Positions 1 through 9,654 of a stretch of 64,000 nt of DNA are shown one piece after another (within the stretch, counting starts at the first letter, position 1; each line of letters opens with the position of its first letter). The stretch comes from Bdellovibrionota bacterium. GTDB taxonomy: Bacteria; Bdellovibrionota_C; UBA2361; CALJRW01. The translations under genes were made by a program, and so were the position numbers. Under the pieces are notes generated by a model. It made no database searches, was not told where the DNA came from, and saw only the letters and a list, made by a program, of their open reading frames with translations. The stretch covers positions 1 to 64,000 of the forward strand of contig JBGSMD010000061.1 of NCBI GenBank assembly GCA_041740355.1, written 5' to 3'.

Positions 1-159
1 CTTTAAAAGATTAACGATTTTGCTTGAACTCACTATTAATGTTGTTTTTAGCTATGCAAACTTGGATAAAACCAAGATTTGCATTAGCCGTAATGACTCT
101 ATTCAATTTACTAACGTAAATTATTTTTTGTCATTACTATATTAGTTAGTAAGGAAAAC

Positions 160-198
160 AAAAAACCGCCAGAACTTAGAAAGTTACTGGCGGTTTTT
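160..198 (-). terminator. Intrinsic terminator after rplT
   Basis: Hairpin AAAAACCGCCAG...CTGGCGGTTTTT with A/T tracts on both sides, about 20 bp past the rplT stop. Confidence 0.85.
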
Positions 199-217
199 AA
201 TTTGTGTAATATTTAGA

Positions 218-577
218 CTAAGCTACTGTTAACGATTGCTTAGCTTTAGAAGCGATTATACCAAAAGCAGCTGGATCGTTATAAGCTAAGTCAGCTAACA
301 TTTTACGATCCATATCGATCTTACAAAGACCTAGACCGTAAATAAATTTACTGTAAGACAAGCCGTGCTCTCTAGCTCCGGCATTAATTCGTTGAATCCA
401 AAGTTGACGAAAATGTCGTTTCTTTTGATGACGCCCAACGTAAGCGTGCAACATAGCTTTTTCAACGCCACGTTTTGCAATCTTATAACATGATTTTTTA
501 CGACCAATAAAGCCTTCAGCTAACTTTCTAAGTTTCTGGTGTCGCTTTCTACTGGTTATTCCTCTTTTTACACGCAT
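218..577 (-). CDS. rplT: 50S ribosomal protein L20
   Basis: MRVKRG...[25 protein letters not shown]....DRKMLADLA signature. Confidence 0.98.
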   Translation of the reverse strand: MRVKRGITSRKRHQKLRKLAEGFIGRKKSCYKIAKRGVEKAMLHAYVGRHQKKRHFRQLWIQRINAGAREHGLSYSKFIYGLGLCKIDMDRKMLADLAYNDPAAFGIIASKAKQSLTVA

Positions 578-619
578 ATCAACCTCTTTAAAATTGGGTG
601 GAAAGTATTATACTAAAAA

Positions 620-820
620 TTACAAATAAGGCAAAAGTCGTGCAATTGCTTTCATTCCAGTAGCTTTTGTTACTACAGAACCTCTTAATTGTCTCATTCG
701 CTTTGGTGATCTTTTTGCAGTATTATGACTAGTGTTAGACTGCCCTCTTAATACCTTTCCAGTTGCAGTTTTTTTTCTAAATCTCTTAGCGGCAGTTTTA
801 TTTGTTTTTATTTTTGGCAT
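620..820 (-). CDS. rpmI: 50S ribosomal protein L35
   Basis: MPKIKTNKTAAKRF N-terminus, LLPY C-terminus, directly upstream of rplT. Confidence 0.97.
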   Translation of the reverse strand: MPKIKTNKTAAKRFRKKTATGKVLRGQSNTSHNTAKRSPKRMRQLRGSVVTKATGMKAIARLLPYL

Positions 821-833
821 AAATTATCCTATT

Positions 834-972
834 TAAACCCTCGACTTATCATTTTGCAAATAACAACACAATAAAGGAGGGTTTGATGTTATTTTCTGCG
901 ACAAAAAATGGCTAAGCCATTATTTTGTTCGCCCACCATAATTCATTAAAAAAATGAATTATGGCGGGTTTA
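834..972. repeat. MITE-like element family 1, copy 1 (TAAACCC...GGGTTTA ends)
   Basis: Similar to 1953-2075, 11947-12090 (inverted) and ~15850-15980; internal hairpin CAAAAAATGG-N5-CCATTATTTTG. Confidence 0.75.
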
Positions 973-987
973 TACTACTACAACAGC

Positions 988-1064
<77 letters not shown>

Positions 1065-1252
1065 AAAATCATTACAGATTTTAGTCATTTTTCAAGTTTT
1101 AACCCAGAAAACCAGAGCTAACTGAACGCCATAAGATAGCAAATTACTTTTATTTGGTCAAATTATCCCCATTTCGCCCGACTTCCTCTAACTCGACTTA
1201 CCTGACACCATGTAAATTGATTTAAATAGGTATTATCTATAACTATAGTAAA

Positions 1253-1873
1253 ATGAATTTAACTTCTATCTCCTTTGAACACTTTCTTGTTATTCTAAGT
1301 TCTTTAATAATCATCTTAGGAATTAGTGCTTATATCCGCGATACTATTTCAGGTCGCACAAAACCCAACCGGGTTTCTTGGCTACTTTGGGGAGTCTTAC
1401 CAATAATAGCTACATTTGCAGCTCTTGACGCCAATGCCGACTTTTGGGCAACAATACGCGTCTTTTTAGCTGGCTTTTTACCGCTACTAGTATTCTTAGC
1501 TTCTTTTCTTAATAAAAACAGTTATTGGAAATTAACTAAATTCGATTTGATTTGTGGAATATTTGCCGTCCTAGCAATGACAGTCTGGCTAATAGTAGAT
1601 TCTCCCAGACTGGCAATTTTATTGTCGATAATAGGCGAAGTCTTTGCTACCCTACCTACTATACGTAAAGCTTGGAAATTTCCAGATAGCGAAACAGGAA
1701 TCACTTATGTAACTAGTATGCTTAGTGTTTTACTAGTCCTGCCCGCAATTCCTGTTTGGAATATCGAGAATGCCGGTTTTCAGTTGTATCTATTATTAGC
1801 TAATGTGATCTTAACAACCTCAATCTACAGAAAATCCCTGAGAAATTATCTAAAAAAGACAAGGCGAAAGTAG
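1253..1873 (+). CDS. Multi-pass (~7 TM) membrane protein of unknown function
   Basis: Alternating hydrophobic helices; YIRDT..GRTKPNRVSWLLW and LPTIRKAWKFP.SET motifs in an internally duplicated, PQ-loop-like layout. Confidence 0.8.
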   Translation: MNLTSISFEHFLVILSSLIIILGISAYIRDTISGRTKPNRVSWLLWGVLPIIATFAALDANADFWATIRVFLAGFLPLLVFLASFLNKNSYWKLTKFDLICGIFAVLAMTVWLIVDSPRLAILLSIIGEVFATLPTIRKAWKFPDSETGITYVTSMLSVLLVLPAIPVWNIENAGFQLYLLLANVILTTSIYRKSLRNYLKKTRRK

Positions 1874-1952
1874 AACTAGCTTGGTTTTTAATAATGGGAA
1901 AGCAGTTCTGGGCTAAAGTGATACCAGCGCCCAGAACCCCATTGAATCGGAT

Positions 1953-2075
1953 TAAACCCTCCTCTTATCATTTTTGAAAATAACAAACACAAAAAAGGAG
2001 GGTTCGGTGTTATTTTCTAGGGCAAAAAATGGTCAAACCATTATTTTGCTCTTCCCGTGAATGACACTGGGTTTA
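1953..2075. repeat. MITE-like element family 1, copy 2
   Basis: TAAACCCTCCTCTTATCATTTTTGAAAATAACA...GGAGGGTT...GCAAAAAATGGTCAAACCATTATTTTGC...GGGTTTA; right end coincides with the TAA stop of ORF 2073-2294. Confidence 0.75.
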
Positions 2076-2294
2076 TTTTAGCAACAAGCAGCCTAATACT
2101 TTGCTTTCGCTTAAGTTGTTAATTTGGCGATATGCCTGATTTGCACGAAGATCGACACGGTCAATCTTAATTTGAGCTCTCAATGTTGAAACAGTGCTAT
2201 TAGACATGGAACGAGGTGGACAATCTGAAAAACGTTTAGAAATTTCACCAAAACTTACGATAATTTGTTCTCTAAGGCTTTTATTCTTTTTCAT
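2073..2294 (-). CDS. Small basic hypothetical protein (73 aa)
   Basis: ATG-started ORF filling the gap after the 2422-2452 hairpin; no recognisable motif. Confidence 0.5.
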   Translation of the reverse strand: MKKNKSLREQIIVSFGEISKRFSDCPPRSMSNSTVSTLRAQIKIDRVDLRANQAYRQINNLSESKVLGCLLLK

Positions 2295-2416
2295 ATCAGT
2301 AATCTTAAATAAATTTTGAAAACCTGATATAACCTAATAAATCCTGGGTAAAATACCCTACGCAAGTATTATGGAGTTATATCACAAACTGTTGCATAAA
2401 TCTTTAGATATTTTCA

Positions 2417-2452
2417 GTAAAAGATAGTGAGGCAGATAACACCTCACTATCT
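2417..2452 (-). terminator. Intrinsic terminator after the 2468-4201 gene
   Basis: AGATAGTGAGG/CCTCACTATCT 11-bp stem followed by a short T run on the minus strand. Confidence 0.7.
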
Positions 2453-2467
2453 CCTAATTTTACTACC

Positions 2468-4201
2468 TTATTTTGAGCATACGCTTTGAACAACTGGAAC
2501 CTGACTTGTTAGGTCAACGTTCTGCGTATGTTGGCGATTATTCGCTTTTTCCATACGGATGATGGATTGCTCATTAGCTCCCGCCTTTTGAACTCGTCGA
2601 ATTACTTTTTGACCCAACTTGCGAAGTGCTTCTGAACCCAATTGATAATTACCAATTCGGTCTTGGTTGCTTGTCGCAATACAGAACTTTGTATTTCCAC
2701 AAGTAGTTACGTTTACAGGCAGACTCCAAGTAATTCCCCAATTAGCAACTTGTAACTTACTTGCTTCAGCATTTGTACGTTTAATAAAACGTAAGGCTTT
2801 TGGAGAATTATCTAGTTGTTTCAAGTTGCGATTAAACTTATTAATTAATCGTTCCTGCGCTAGAGATCCACCATCAATTCCATTAAGTAATGCCGACTGA
2901 TCAAAAGTGTCACAGTTTAAGCAGGATTGCCCATCTCCATTACAAATTCCACAACGATCTTTTGTTGCAGTTCCATTAAGGACACCTTTGCAATCTGTAC
3001 ATGAAGAGTTGTCACCACCACAAACTCCGCAGTCATCAAACACTAATCCACTATTTGGAATATCATCACAACCTTTGTCTTCTTCACACTGGTCAGCTAA
3101 ATCTTGAAGCGCATCAGCGTCATCACATTTTACTCCTAACATGTCATCAGAACAAATGATCTTACCAGTGAATTCACATAATCCATCACCGATACCACAT
3201 GTAGTATCAAGGCTTGGGAAAGATTCATCAATTGCCCCGTCGCAGTTGTTATCTAGTCCATCACAAAGCTCTGTAGTTGGCTCTTCGTTACGTTCACACG
3301 AACAAGTATTGCTAAATGTACCGCCATCACAAACACCCATCTCGTTATTATCACAAGCAACGCCTGGAAGCGATGTGCCATTCGGAACGCCTAAACAGTC
3401 AGCACAAGAAGTGTTATCTCCATTACAAACTCCACACTCATCAACAACTTGGTTATTAGCATCAGGAACGTAAGGACAGGAATCTGTCCCGATTTTTTCA
3501 ATTTTTAAATCTACGGCATCAATTAAACCGTTAATGTTTAATTTGATTGCTCCCACAGACTCAAAATCTACTGGTAGACTTCCAATAGTTTGAAATGAAC
3601 TAAAAGGAATTATAACTTTATTTGGAGCCGTCCAATCACTCGTAGGGATGGTAGTTGCCGGCTCAAATATTGGGGTATCTAAAATTATGGTAGCTTTAGA
3701 ATAGGCATTAGCTGAAGTGTAAATAACCACATCCAGCTCAACTGACATGCCAAAAGGTAAATCAAATCTTTCAATATCAATAACAATTGCCGAAGAAGCA
3801 TCTTGAGTGAAATCAATTCCACCTAAACCTTCTGGATTTAGTAGGCCAGAAGCTGTGCCATCCCAAATTACTGTTGAGATTGCTTTAGCGTCAATATCTT
3901 GTGAGTGACGAAGCCGACCTAAGCCGGTAGCGACTTTGCTTTCCGCAAAATCAGTATATCCTTGAACAGAAGTAATTGTGTACTTACGGTTAGAGCCGAT
4001 TACTGTACTACGACCTGTTGCATCCGCAGGGATGTTAGCGCCGTAGGAGCTAGTAGAGAATTGATCTCCCACTCTAGCGACAGTGCTACCAGACGAAGCA
4101 CTTTCAAACTCATCAATGGTAATTGCTTGGGCAGAAACCGCAATTAAACAAAGAAATAAAGAAACAAAAAAACCTGAAAATGGAAATTCTGAGAATCTCA
4201 T
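2468..4201 (-). CDS. Exported Cys-rich protein: beta-rich N-domain, DxCGVCxGD repeats, MopE-type ELCDGLDNNCDG motif, basic helical C-domain
   Basis: Signal peptide ending AQA; three D(E/D/R)CG(V/I)CxGD..SC units; ELCDGLDNNCDGAIDE putative metal-binding motif. Confidence 0.85.
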   Translation of the reverse strand: MRFSEFPFSGFFVSLFLCLIAVSAQAITIDEFESASSGSTVARVGDQFSTSSYGANIPADATGRSTVIGSNRKYTITSVQGYTDFAESKVATGLGRLRHSQDIDAKAISTVIWDGTASGLLNPEGLGGIDFTQDASSAIVIDIERFDLPFGMSVELDVVIYTSANAYSKATIILDTPIFEPATTIPTSDWTAPNKVIIPFSSFQTIGSLPVDFESVGAIKLNINGLIDAVDLKIEKIGTDSCPYVPDANNQVVDECGVCNGDNTSCADCLGVPNGTSLPGVACDNNEMGVCDGGTFSNTCSCERNEEPTTELCDGLDNNCDGAIDESFPSLDTTCGIGDGLCEFTGKIICSDDMLGVKCDDADALQDLADQCEEDKGCDDIPNSGLVFDDCGVCGGDNSSCTDCKGVLNGTATKDRCGICNGDGQSCLNCDTFDQSALLNGIDGGSLAQERLINKFNRNLKQLDNSPKALRFIKRTNAEASKLQVANWGITWSLPVNVTTCGNTKFCIATSNQDRIGNYQLGSEALRKLGQKVIRRVQKAGANEQSIIRMEKANNRQHTQNVDLTSQVPVVQSVCSK

Positions 4202-4723
4202 TGTAGAACCTAAGTAAAAATAAAAAAACCTTGCTCAGTTAGAAAAGATACAAAATATTTTTCAAACCTTAATGAGCAGTTTCAGTGATACACGCTGAAA
4301 AACTATCGCTATAATTCACACAGCTTGAATGGTCGCGCAAGGGGGTATCTAAAAAACTTTTTTCATTTTTCTTAACGAGCTGTAACAACTATGGTGATAA
4401 AGTTGACTTCAATTAAGTAAAATACTAATTGGATTCAATAACTTATGATAGCTTAGGATAGTATTTATTTGCAGCTAGGATCTGACGAACTTAGTCGGGT
4501 TTAATTAGAAGTACATGGATCTATGGAAAATTCCCTCTTTTCTAAAGCCACCAAGCGATTCGAGTGTAATTAACCCATTCCTAGGTTAATTCTCGGCCGA
4601 TAAAACCCTATAATTTATAAAGCTTACCAGAGCCATCGAAAGTCAGCGGGATGTGCCTGAAATTTAATTCCAATCAGATCCGAGGCAAAATGATGTGCGG
4701 AACTTCCCCCTACTAGCACTTAA

Positions 4724-5530
4724 TTATTTCTGCTGTTGTCCACACTTCACTGGGTCGAATGATGGTAAAGTAATTTGTAATTTGTTGTTGTAAATGTTTA
4801 ATGGCAAAGAACGAACCTTAGCAACACCAACCAATTGATTTCCCAACGTACTTGCACCAGCGACATTTTTTTCAGTGAAGTTGGCTGTAATAGCAGCGAC
4901 ATTTTCTTGACTAACGGAATCAGCTAAAACAGTTATATTATCAGAATCAATACTTACTAGCTGAGTGTAGTATACACGATCTTCTGGTTTAAAAGATCTT
5001 CCTGGGTTTTTATACTGCTCCACTATTTCTAACACTGTCACATAAGGCTTATCCTTACAGCTATTTTTACCAGTAGAATCTTTGCAAACTTTAAGTAAAT
5101 ATAATTCAGGCTCAGACGGCGACTTATATTCCAAGGTAAAATCCTCTCCGTAATTACTGAGGACTTTAAAATAAGTATCGAAATCCGTCATGACATCACC
5201 AAGCTTGTCTTCTTTCTTGATGGTTACTGGTTGAGACAACTTCCCCAGTACTTCAGTTACAGCTTCCTCACCTGTAGCTAAGGATTCTAAAGATACTAAC
5301 AATTTCTTACTTTCGGAATAAAGCATGTCTTGCTTAATTGCATCAAAGTCACCAAACATACAGTTATTAGTAACTTTAAAATTCATTGGGAATTTACCAT
5401 TAGAATACTGATCCTCAAGCCCGCTTTTTGCAATGGAAATATTTTTGACAGGTAATTCCGCCAATACCGCGCTATAGGGAACAGCTAAGGCCAATAACAA
5501 TTGAAGTGTAATTTTTAATAGTTTTTTCAT
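4724..5530 (-). CDS. Exported hypothetical protein with 4 Cys
   Basis: Likely start MKKLLK at 5530 with signal peptide ending VLA; no known motif. Confidence 0.8.
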   Translation of the reverse strand: MKKLLKITLQLLLALAVPYSAVLAELPVKNISIAKSGLEDQYSNGKFPMNFKVTNNCMFGDFDAIKQDMLYSESKKLLVSLESLATGEEAVTEVLGKLSQPVTIKKEDKLGDVMTDFDTYFKVLSNYGEDFTLEYKSPSEPELYLLKVCKDSTGKNSCKDKPYVTVLEIVEQYKNPGRSFKPEDRVYYTQLVSIDSDNITVLADSVSQENVAAITANFTEKNVAGASTLGNQLVGVAKVRSLPLNIYNNKLQITLPSFDPVKCGQQQK

Positions 5531-5828
5531 ATTTAGTTTAAAGGAAAGAAAAAGAATCACTAATCTCAGTGTAGAACAAAAGAATATGCGATCGTTTCTT
5601 GCAGAGCAAGATAATTAAAAAGGAAAAATATAGTAAGTTCAAAAAACAATCTCCATAAGGAATTACTTTTGGGGCGTTACTATCCACTGGAGGTACAACA
5701 ATATCTTGTAGTTATGAGAAAAATCACAAAACTAGCTTTTAAATATTGGAATATTACTTTTTGTCATAATTATATTAACCACAGAGTTAATCTTATGGCA
5801 TAAGCGCTTAGAATTTGATGGGAGGTCG

Positions 5829-5901
5829 TTCTCCCCTTTTTAAGACGCCCAGCATCACTACAAGTAATAGTCGCAGTCTGTTGCTTTTTAAAAGGGGAGA
5901 A
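5829..5901. repeat. Palindromic element family 2, copy 1 (TTCTCCCCTTTT...AAAAGGGGAGAA)
   Basis: Terminal inverted repeats; interior similar to 14820-14890 and to the reverse complement of 42429-42501. Confidence 0.8.
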
Positions 5902-5929
5902 TCAGATCCGCTAAAGTCTAAGCTGTCAT

Positions 5930-5974
5930 AAAAAAAGGGGTACTGCTTAGCATCGCTAATCAGTACCCCTTTTT
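5930..5974 (-). terminator. Intrinsic terminator after the Hint-domain gene
   Basis: GGGGTACTG-CTTAGC...GCTAAT-CAGTACCCC stem flanked by A and T tracts. Confidence 0.85.
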
Positions 5975-6007
5975 ATTAGCTGGAAGCCAGGCTTCCAGTA
6001 TAAGAAG

Positions 6008-9000
6008 TTATTTTTTATTAATAACTTCTTGAGCTGTTAAGTCTCCTGTTACAATTCCATCAGAAAGTACCATATGATTTTCTAATTCATTGTCAGCATC
6101 TAAACGGATGTTAAGAACTCTTTGGTCAGCTTTAATTGGTAACTGTTCAACTGAAGTTACAGTTGATTCACCACCATTTAAAGTTACTACATCCCCAACG
6201 GCAACTTGCTTAGCTGGGATGATACCATTCTTAGTATACACTGGGTGTTTTTGAGTTACCTTAACAACTTTTCCGCCAGCAGTAATTGCTATGATTGCCT
6301 CAGTTTCATTTGATTCTAAGACACTCTTAACTTTTACCGCCTTACCAGTAACTGGGTTACGAACTTCTTCACCAGCACTGATGCTTTCTATAGTTTTCTC
6401 TGAACCATCAGCCATCAAGATTTTTGTTTCTGGAACGAAACAACCTTCTAAACGTACTGAAGAACATGTCCAACAAGCCTTATGGAAATTAGCAGAATTA
6501 GTAATTGGTGCATTTTTGTCACCATAGTACTTAAACGCTGTGTTAAACTGACCATAAGTATCAGCTTTGTTGATAAAACCATATTCAGCTCTACCAGCAT
6601 ATCCGAAATAATATTCGAATCCAGTTCCGTTAGTTGGCTTATTAACAAAAGTGTTTTCCATCTGTTGAGTCCAACCTGATGGTCTTAACTTACTTACAAT
6701 CGTTCCATTAGGCCCAGTGATTTGGATTTGAGTCCATCCCCAAGCGGAGTTAACTGTCGCAGTCTGACCATCTTTATCAACATCGATACCACGAATTGAT
6801 TCAAGAATTTTTATTCCTTCATCTAATATGGCACCAGTCACATCTTGCCCAGCACCATTTACAGCACTAGTAAAGAATTCAGTATACCCATTAGCTGGAA
6901 TATCCTTCTTAACTTGGTATCCCATCATACAGACTCTCATCTGATAGATTTCGTATTTACCCATTTCCAGTCCAGCATATGTAGTTTTACCATGCTGAGC
7001 TTCAGGATAATCCAAGCCTACGCAACAGTTTGGTACTCCCCAATTTGGGTCAGTAACTGTTCTGTCACAATCATCTTTTTTAAGTTCACATTGAGTTGTA
7101 CACTCAGCATCAGGGAACTTATCTAAGTAGATCTGACGAATATCAGTTCCATCACACATTTCAGTTGGGCTATTTACAACACCGTCGCCACAAACTGGAG
7201 TCTTACAAAGATTAGAACAAGCATCATTATTGATCTTATTCCCATCGTCGCATTGCTCTGGACTCTGTTTAACACCATCTCCGCAGATAGCTACTACACA
7301 AGCATTGCTGCAACTATCATTATTTACAGTGTTACCATCGTCACAAGCTTCCCCTGCCTGCTTAATACCATCGCCGCAAATTGGTGCCGTACAAGTATTA
7401 GTACAAGCATCATCATTTACAGTATTGCCATCATCACAAGCCTCACCTGCTTGTTTAATGCCATCACCACAAACTGGAGGCTTACAAATATTAGAGCAAG
7501 CATCATCATTTACTGTGTTACCATCATCGCAAAGTTCTGGATGTTGCACACAACCATCGCCGCAACGTGGAGTTGTACATGTATTAGTACAAGCATCATT
7601 ATTAACAGTATTACCATCGTCACACTGCTCTGGTGCTTGAGTAATACCATCTCCGCAAGCTGGTACTTTACAAATATTAGAACAAGCATCGCCATTTATA
7701 GTATTACCATCGTCACACTGCTCGCCAGCTTGCTTAATACCATCACCACAAACTGGAGGCTTACAAATATTAGAGCAAGCGTCGTCATTTACAGTGTTAC
7801 CATCATCACAAAGTTCTGGAGGCTGAACACATCCATCGCCGCAACGTGGAGTTGTACATTCATTTGTACAAGCATCATTGTTAACAGTATTACCATCGTC
7901 ACACTGCTCAGGAGCTTGTGTAATACCATCACCACAACTTGGTACTTTACAAATATTAGAACAAGCATCGCCATTCACAGTGTTTCCATCGTCGCACTGT
8001 TCTGGTGACTGAACTAAGCCATCACCGCAACGTGGAGTTTTACAAGTATTGGAACAGGCATCAGTGTTATTGGTGTTACCATCATCACACTGTTCTGGTG
8101 CTTGTGTAATACCATCGCCACAGATAGCTGGAACGCATAGGTTACTACAGTTATCATTGTTAACTGTATTACCATCATCGCACTGCTCAGGCGCTTGAAT
8201 TAATCCATCTCCGCAACGTGGAGTTTTACATGTGTTAGAACAAGCATCCGTGTTGTTGGTATTACCATCGTCACATTGCTCACCTGCTTGCTTGATACCA
8301 TCACCACAAACTGGCGGCTTACAAATATTAGAGCAAGCATCATCATTTACAGTGTTACCATCGTCGCAAAGTTCTGGATATTGAACACAACCATCGCCGC
8401 AACGTGGAGTTGTACATGTATTAGTACAAGCATCATTGTTAACAGTATTACCATCGTCACACTGCTCTGGAGCTTGAGTAATACCATCTCCGCAAGCTGG
8501 TACTTTACAAATATTAGAACAAGCATCGCCGTTTACAGTGTTGCCATCGTCGCACTGCTCTGGTGCTTGAGTAATACCATCTCCGCAAACCGGAATTTTA
8601 CAAGTGTTAGAACAAGCATCATTGTTTACTGTGTTACCATCGTCGCACTGCTCCCCTGCTTGTTTGTATCCGTCTCCGCAGATTGGAGTGTTACAAACGT
8701 TGGTACAAGCATCAGTGTTTACTTTGTTTCCATCATCACACTGTTCGTTTGCATTTTTGATACCATCACCACAAACTGGAACTTTACAGATGTTAGAACA
8801 TGCATCATTGTTGATAGTATTACCATCATCGCACTGCTCACCTGCTTGGATGATACCATCACCACAAACTGGAGCCTTACAATCGTTAGTACAAGAATCA
8901 GTATTTACTTTGTTACCATCATCACACTGCTCACCTGGGCCTTTGATTCCATCGCCACAAACTGGAACCTTACATTCGTTAGTACAATTGTCAGTGTTAA

Positions 9001-9454
9001 CTGTATTGCCATCATCACACTGTTCGCTAGAATCATTTTTGATTCCATCACCGCACTTCGTACAGCTTAAGCGACAAGTAGGATCGCTTGGATCGTTGTA
9101 GTCACAAGTTGTTCCTGGGAAAATTTGAACATCGAATTCATTGTGTACACCATCACCGCAATATGGAAGTCGACACTCAGCACGACAACCATCAGTAATG
9201 TTCGTGTTAGTATCGTCGCACTCCTCTTCACCTAAGGTAATTCCATCACCGCAGTATGTACAAATTGTACATTCGCAATTTGTGCATCCGCAAAGCGCTG
9301 AATCAGTAACAGTTACTAAAGTACTTCCTGGTGGACAAAAATTATTACTGCCACCGCCAAAATCTTGAGCACTGACTGTCGAAAATGTGAACAAGATTGA
9401 CAACAAAAGTATTGAAACCAAAGTCTTTACTGACTTCAAATTTATATTTTCCAT
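6008..9454 (-). CDS. Exported protein with ~23 Myxococcus-type Cys-rich (CGDG..EQCDDGN, DUF4215-like) repeats and a C-terminal Hedgehog/intein (Hint) domain
   Basis: Signal peptide; 31-aa repeats; C-terminal EG-CFVPETKILMADG...TQKHP...VGD...HMVLSDGIVTGD. Confidence 0.9.
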   Translation of the reverse strand: MENINLKSVKTLVSILLLSILFTFSTVSAQDFGGGSNNFCPPGSTLVTVTDSALCGCTNCECTICTYCGDGITLGEEECDDTNTNITDGCRAECRLPYCGDGVHNEFDVQIFPGTTCDYNDPSDPTCRLSCTKCGDGIKNDSSEQCDDGNTVNTDNCTNECKVPVCGDGIKGPGEQCDDGNKVNTDSCTNDCKAPVCGDGIIQAGEQCDDGNTINNDACSNICKVPVCGDGIKNANEQCDDGNKVNTDACTNVCNTPICGDGYKQAGEQCDDGNTVNNDACSNTCKIPVCGDGITQAPEQCDDGNTVNGDACSNICKVPACGDGITQAPEQCDDGNTVNNDACTNTCTTPRCGDGCVQYPELCDDGNTVNDDACSNICKPPVCGDGIKQAGEQCDDGNTNNTDACSNTCKTPRCGDGLIQAPEQCDDGNTVNNDNCSNLCVPAICGDGITQAPEQCDDGNTNNTDACSNTCKTPRCGDGLVQSPEQCDDGNTVNGDACSNICKVPSCGDGITQAPEQCDDGNTVNNDACTNECTTPRCGDGCVQPPELCDDGNTVNDDACSNICKPPVCGDGIKQAGEQCDDGNTINGDACSNICKVPACGDGITQAPEQCDDGNTVNNDACTNTCTTPRCGDGCVQHPELCDDGNTVNDDACSNICKPPVCGDGIKQAGEACDDGNTVNDDACTNTCTAPICGDGIKQAGEACDDGNTVNNDSCSNACVVAICGDGVKQSPEQCDDGNKINNDACSNLCKTPVCGDGVVNSPTEMCDGTDIRQIYLDKFPDAECTTQCELKKDDCDRTVTDPNWGVPNCCVGLDYPEAQHGKTTYAGLEMGKYEIYQMRVCMMGYQVKKDIPANGYTEFFTSAVNGAGQDVTGAILDEGIKILESIRGIDVDKDGQTATVNSAWGWTQIQITGPNGTIVSKLRPSGWTQQMENTFVNKPTNGTGFEYYFGYAGRAEYGFINKADTYGQFNTAFKYYGDKNAPITNSANFHKACWTCSSVRLEGCFVPETKILMADGSEKTIESISAGEEVRNPVTGKAVKVKSVLESNETEAIIAITAGGKVVKVTQKHPVYTKNGIIPAKQVAVGDVVTLNGGESTVTSVEQLPIKADQRVLNIRLDADNELENHMVLSDGIVTGDLTAQEVINKK
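7150..9260 (-). repeat. Intragenic tandem 93-bp repeats with a 279-bp higher-order unit
   Basis: CCATCGCCGCAACGTGGAGTTGTACAT recurs at 7554, 7833 and 8391 (spacings 279 and 558). Confidence 0.9.
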
Positions 9455-9654
9455 TAGGGTTTTTCCAAATAAATGAGATTAGCGCTACAAAAAAATAACA
9501 CCTTTTGATTTTTAAGCAACAAGATTCAAAAAAATCATTGATATTTATGAATGTATTTGGGCTGGTGTGCCTACTTATTTTAAACGCCTAGAGAATAGCT
9601 GGGGTGATGTTGTAACTATTCGAAATGATAGGATTATTTAATTCTTACAAATTG

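Noticed and set aside
821-972. Dedicated L20 autoregulatory leader upstream of rpmI
   Set aside because: The same structure occurs at unrelated loci, so it is better explained as a dispersed element; co-option is not excluded
4590-4665. c-di-GMP-I riboswitch-like words (AAAGCT...GAAA...CAGCGGG..TGCC)
   Set aside because: P1 (GGCAAA...GAAA...GACGCAAA) is missing and the orientation is antisense to the flanking genes
6008-6442. Hint domain as a mobile intein
   Set aside because: No endonuclease, no terminal His-Asn, no nucleophilic +1 residue and essentially no C-extein
6460-6480. CWTCS just before the Hint domain as a heme-binding motif
   Set aside because: CxxCS, not CxxCH
7230-9101. Long plus-strand ORFs (7253-8008, 8276-9070, 7230-7640, 8604-9101) with repeated TIITT or LPSSHCS motifs
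   Set aside because: Antisense shadows of the repetitive Cys-rich gene; the same applies to shadows over 2667-3473 and 30377-31330
7150-9260. Regular repeats as a possible CRISPR array
   Set aside because: In-frame 93-bp coding repeats with synonymous variation, no unique spacers, no cas genes
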